DNA of 64,000 nucleotides from a plasmid: sequence record NZ_CP069398.1; one strand, 5' to 3'. Shown piece by piece: positions 60,963 to 64,000 of this stretch (position 1 is its first letter; each line of letters starts with the position of its first letter). The notes under the pieces were generated by a model. It saw only the letters and a program-made list of their open reading frames with translations, ran no database searches and was not told where the DNA came from. The position numbers and the translations under genes were made by a program.

Positions 60963-62294
60963 TTAAGAAACTGGTTCCTTTAATTTAGCAGCATGTTGAT
61001 GCAATAAATCCTGTTCCTCAGTTGTTAATGGTTGTCCTAAATCTTGTTTCAGTTCCGCTATTTCTAACGAACTGTACGTTGAGCAGTGTTCTTGCAGCAA
61101 GTTCTCTTCTTCTGGCGTGAGTTCTTGTCCTAAATCTTGCTTTAACTGGATCATTTCAAGCTGTTGGCCCACTGTAACTTCTGCTTCTTGCGTAGGTTGG
61201 TCTTGCTGCTGTTCAGTTTTTAACCAATCAGGAACCAGTTCCTTACGGATAATATGTTTTGGTTTGGCCAATGTTGTTGTTTGACTTTCGTTATGTATAA
61301 CTTCTTGTTGTTTTGCGTATACTGATGAATAATCCTGCTCTTTAGGCTTTGTTAATTCATAGAATTGATTTTTCGCAATCTGATAGATTAATCGACACAT
61401 ATCCCGTAGGGATAACGGGTTGCCTTGTTGATTGGCTTCATGGACATATTTATCTAATCCTACAATGGATGTATACGCAATATCATGTACTTGCTCTTTT
61501 CTAATCTCAATCTCCGTATCTCGTTGTACGGCTTTTGCAGCATTTTGAATACGAGCATAAAAGTCTTGTAGTTGATGGCCATATTTACCTGCATAGACTT
61601 GATTGACTTTCTTAGGCACACCTTTGATGTAGGTGAATGCCTGTGAAACAGACATTAAATGATTATTTATATGATTTACAGGTAAATCAAGGTTAATAAA
61701 GGCATTCGGTGATTTATCGACCTCTAAGCTTGCTGTATCAACGTTTTCAGCACTTTCTGGATGCGTCACAGGACGTGTCACAGGAGTGGTCATTTCTTCT
61801 TGTTGAAGCGTTTGTATCCCTGTTGTATCATGGGCAAAAAAGATTTCGTCGCAAATGTGATGAAAGTTTTTATGGCTTTTAAGGATAAATACATAACTGT
61901 CCGGATGAGTACCTGTTGTATCTTCTTTAATGTAACGAGCGACAATGATAAACGGTGTCGCTTTTAAGGAGCGTACAAAACGAGAAACGGTACTTTTGGA
62001 CACATTAAATTTCTTCATAAGCGTTTCAGAACGGATCGCTTGAATGCCCGTAGCCACTAGGTTATAGATGACATGATCGAGCATTTCCATTCTCTTTTTA
62101 GGAAATTCTTTATGTATAGCAGATTGTTGTTGTTTAAAGTGGGTACGAAGATTTTCTAAAAAATCTTCTTTCTTTTTCCGAAGTGTGGACTTGTGGGTCC
62201 ATAACCATTTGAACCGTCCATTGAAGGTGTCTACATCTTTTAAATAGCAGGTTAATATCTTTGTCATTTGTTCATCGTCTCCTTTTAGGAACAA
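60963..62294 (-). CDS. RepA_N-family plasmid replication initiator-like protein
   Basis: 443 aa. N-terminal wHTH (LMKKFNVSKSTVSRFVRSLKATPFIIVARY). C-terminal Q/E-rich repeats (ELKQDLGQ x2). Confidence 0.55.
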   Translation of the reverse strand: MFLKGDDEQMTKILTCYLKDVDTFNGRFKWLWTHKSTLRKKKEDFLENLRTHFKQQQSAIHKEFPKKRMEMLDHVIYNLVATGIQAIRSETLMKKFNVSKSTVSRFVRSLKATPFIIVARYIKEDTTGTHPDSYVFILKSHKNFHHICDEIFFAHDTTGIQTLQQEEMTTPVTRPVTHPESAENVDTASLEVDKSPNAFINLDLPVNHINNHLMSVSQAFTYIKGVPKKVNQVYAGKYGHQLQDFYARIQNAAKAVQRDTEIEIRKEQVHDIAYTSIVGLDKYVHEANQQGNPLSLRDMCRLIYQIAKNQFYELTKPKEQDYSSVYAKQQEVIHNESQTTTLAKPKHIIRKELVPDWLKTEQQQDQPTQEAEVTVGQQLEMIQLKQDLGQELTPEEENLLQEHCSTYSSLEIAELKQDLGQPLTTEEQDLLHQHAAKLKEPVS

Positions 62295-62734
62295 AAAAAG
62301 ACACTGTTTCCCTTAGAAAGGAAAACAATGCCTTGATTTTGATGAACTAAGCCCTTGAAATAGATGTCAATTTCGTATAAAATAAAACCATAAGTTTTAT
62401 CTTATCGATAATGAAACTATTAACAAGAGACTTCGACAGGTGTTTTCCCTAGGCTCTTTAGGGGGAACGGTTTAAGGGTGCGGGTAACACTTCTTAAACG
62501 GTTGAAGTCTTTTTTCTATTCCGTACCTTTTTGTTAGTTTTATTATAGCGTTAACTCATCTCAAAATTCAATAAAAAATAGCAAAATATATCAAAACAAG
62601 TATATTTAGCTACAGTCGATCCTTCACTATTTATTGGAGGAATCAACTTCAGCATATATGAATTTAATAGATTTGGGGAGGGGTAAAAAAATACCCCTCC
62701 CCGATTTCCGTTTTATGTGGTATAATGTGAAACT

Positions 62735-63280
62735 TTACTTCTTAAAAAGCTTTGTAAACCAAGACTCCTTTTTTTCTTCAGTATTGGCACCTTCTTTACT
62801 AATAGATGCTAATAATTTTGTTTCTTGCATTTCTCTCATTGATAACATCAGTTGCTCGTCACGTTGCTTCAACTTTTCATCAATGTACTTTTGCTGAGAA
62901 ACTAATAGTTCTTCTTGTTCTTTAAATTTTTCTAAAAGTTGCTTGTTAAACTCTTTTTGCTCATCTAAGGCTTTTTTTATATCCATCACAACTTCGCTCA
63001 GCTCTGCACTCTCTTGCTCACCAGTCTCACTCACAACCTCTACAGTTACTGGAACCCCTTGTGATGTAAGGATTTTGTCTACCTCTTCCGCATTTTTACC
63101 ATTCCCATATAACTCACGTATTCTCGCTAGTACATCTAAACACTCTTTATGAAGTTGATAAGCTTTATGTTCCTTTTTTATGCGTAATAAATGTGCATGA
63201 GAAGCTATGTATCTTCGTAATGTCTGTTGCGGAATACCTGTTTTTTCGCTTATTTGAGGTACGGTAAACCATTCGCTCAC
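62735..63280 (-). CDS. MerR-like HTH protein with a long coiled-coil tail
   Basis: 181 aa. N-terminus FTVPQISEKTGIPQQTLRRYI. The remainder is E/K-rich heptad-like. Confidence 0.5.
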   Translation of the reverse strand: MSEWFTVPQISEKTGIPQQTLRRYIASHAHLLRIKKEHKAYQLHKECLDVLARIRELYGNGKNAEEVDKILTSQGVPVTVEVVSETGEQESAELSEVVMDIKKALDEQKEFNKQLLEKFKEQEELLVSQQKYIDEKLKQRDEQLMLSMREMQETKLLASISKEGANTEEKKESWFTKLFKK

Positions 63281-63289
63281 ACAATCACC

Positions 63290-63500
63290 TCCTCTTGCTT
63301 ACCACTCACTTATTCTAACAGATTCAACAAAAACAAGCATTATCCTTCTTTTGTGAGTGAGTGAGCTTTAGTTAAACTCATTCGCTCGTTAGTTTAACTC
63401 CACGATGAGTGAGTGGTATGTTTTGTGTGAGTTTTTTGCGGTAAGTTCACCTTTAGTTAAACTAAAGGTGAACTTAAGGTGAACTCGAATTCTTTTTTAT
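63290..63500. promoter_or_regulatory. Repeat-rich region: iteron-like gagtgagtgg repeats and a perfect 27-bp palindrome. Candidate operator or origin region
   Basis: taccactcactta at 63301-63313, inverted relative to gagtgagtgagc at 63352 and atgagtgagtggta at 63407. Palindrome ttcacctttagtt a aactaaaggtgaa at 63446-63472, followed by further ggtgaac repeats. Confidence 0.5.
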
Positions 63501-63664
63501 GAAAATGAGGGTAATCACTCTCTGGAAAGTATAAAGAATATAATATATGTAGCATTTAGTATAAATTTAAGCTGTATTTTCTATTATTATTGATGCGAAA
63601 ATGGCCCTATTGGGAAATTAAGGTTATGTAGTTGAACTTAAAATGAAGCAGCTAATTTTAATTT

Positions 63665-63961
63665 ATGAAAAGGATAATTACAGAAATGGAGTGGGGAGGA
63701 GTTTATATGAAGCTGTTAAAGCATAATGCAATTCCAATCTTTATATCTTTCCTTATAGTAGGTTTAATTCTTATGGTTTTATTTATGCTTAAAGGATTAT
63801 TATTACAGCTTATAGGAGCAGCATTAATTATTGTGGCAGCAGTCTTTTGTATTTTTTGTGGCTTGTATCTGTTCGGCTATATAGTATTGGGAGTAATAGG
63901 AATAGTAGCTCCTATTATTGGTTTGTTATTAATAATTGGAATATTCATGTGGATTTTTTAG
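63665..63961 (+). CDS. Small integral membrane protein
   Basis: 98 aa, three hydrophobic helices. Probable internal start at MKLLKHNAIP. Confidence 0.4.
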   Translation: MKRIITEMEWGGVYMKLLKHNAIPIFISFLIVGLILMVLFMLKGLLLQLIGAALIIVAAVFCIFCGLYLFGYIVLGVIGIVAPIIGLLLIIGIFMWIF

Positions 63962-64000
63962 GAGAATATAGGGCTTTTATAGGGTTTTTGGATCTTACGT

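Noticed and set aside
1-64000. CRISPR arrays, rRNA genes or large tandem repeats
   Set aside because: No regularly spaced direct repeats of 25-40 bp and no rRNA-like conserved stretches were seen. Repeats present are IS termini, the duplicated SOS module and short hairpin families.

Overview
This 64 kb window is low-GC Firmicute DNA that looks like a Bacillus cereus-group accessory or plasmid region. The plasmid reading rests on a RepA_N-type replication initiator, a ParB-like protein, iteron-like repeats and a tRNA-like element at 58.6-64 kb. Family names are inferred from motifs in the translated ORFs, since no database search could be run; for example the two class B PBPs carry SxxK/SxN/KTG and the P450 carries FGxGxHxCxG. 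About a quarter of the window is insertion sequences: seven IS copies from five families. They are a partial IS1182-like element at the left edge, an IS21-like element (istA/istB) with an ISL3 element nested in its right terminus, two identical IS231-like IS4-family copies in inverted orientation, a second IS232-like IS21 element, and an IS3 element with a -1 frameshift site. Between the IS copies lie six cargo blocks. (1) A beta-lactam block at 13.7-21.8 kb: a MecA_N-type class B PBP and a class A lipoprotein beta-lactamase are co-transcribed from a promoter carrying BlaI/MecI-type TACA/TGTA dyads. It is followed by a second class B PBP and a convergent blaR1-blaI pair. (2) A gutR <-> gutB-gutP-fructokinase sorbitol locus at 22.7-30.9 kb, split by an IS231-like insertion with an intact 11-bp target duplication. 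(3) Two diverged copies (about 90% identity) of an SOS module (two LexA boxes, Y-family polymerase, YolD-like protein, a small zinc-ribbon protein, an Spx paralog) at 32.3-36.8 kb and 52.5-55.3 kb. In copy A the zinc-ribbon gene is split by a 1.24 kb map-carrying insertion flanked by 8-bp direct repeats, and a DHFR-like gene carries an in-frame amber codon. (4) Between the two SOS modules, flanked by IS21 and IS3, sits an unusual restriction-modification-like locus. Two diverged full-length paralogs of a large type IIS-like endonuclease (both with an intact GGGxxDIVIDY...E.TL.NK block) are in divergent operons around one MTase that carries two DPPY N6-adenine domains and starts with RYLGSK, plus a co-transcribed 327 aa protein with no recognisable motif. 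(5) A candidate secreted barnase-like RNase with a barstar-like partner. (6) Orphan immunity-like genes. Other sequence-level observations include a perfect 58-bp AT-rich palindrome, 19- and 27-bp-stem hairpins, three families of repeated hairpin elements, and a tRNA-derived structure with a 20-nt anticodon loop. No CRISPR array or rRNA gene is present.
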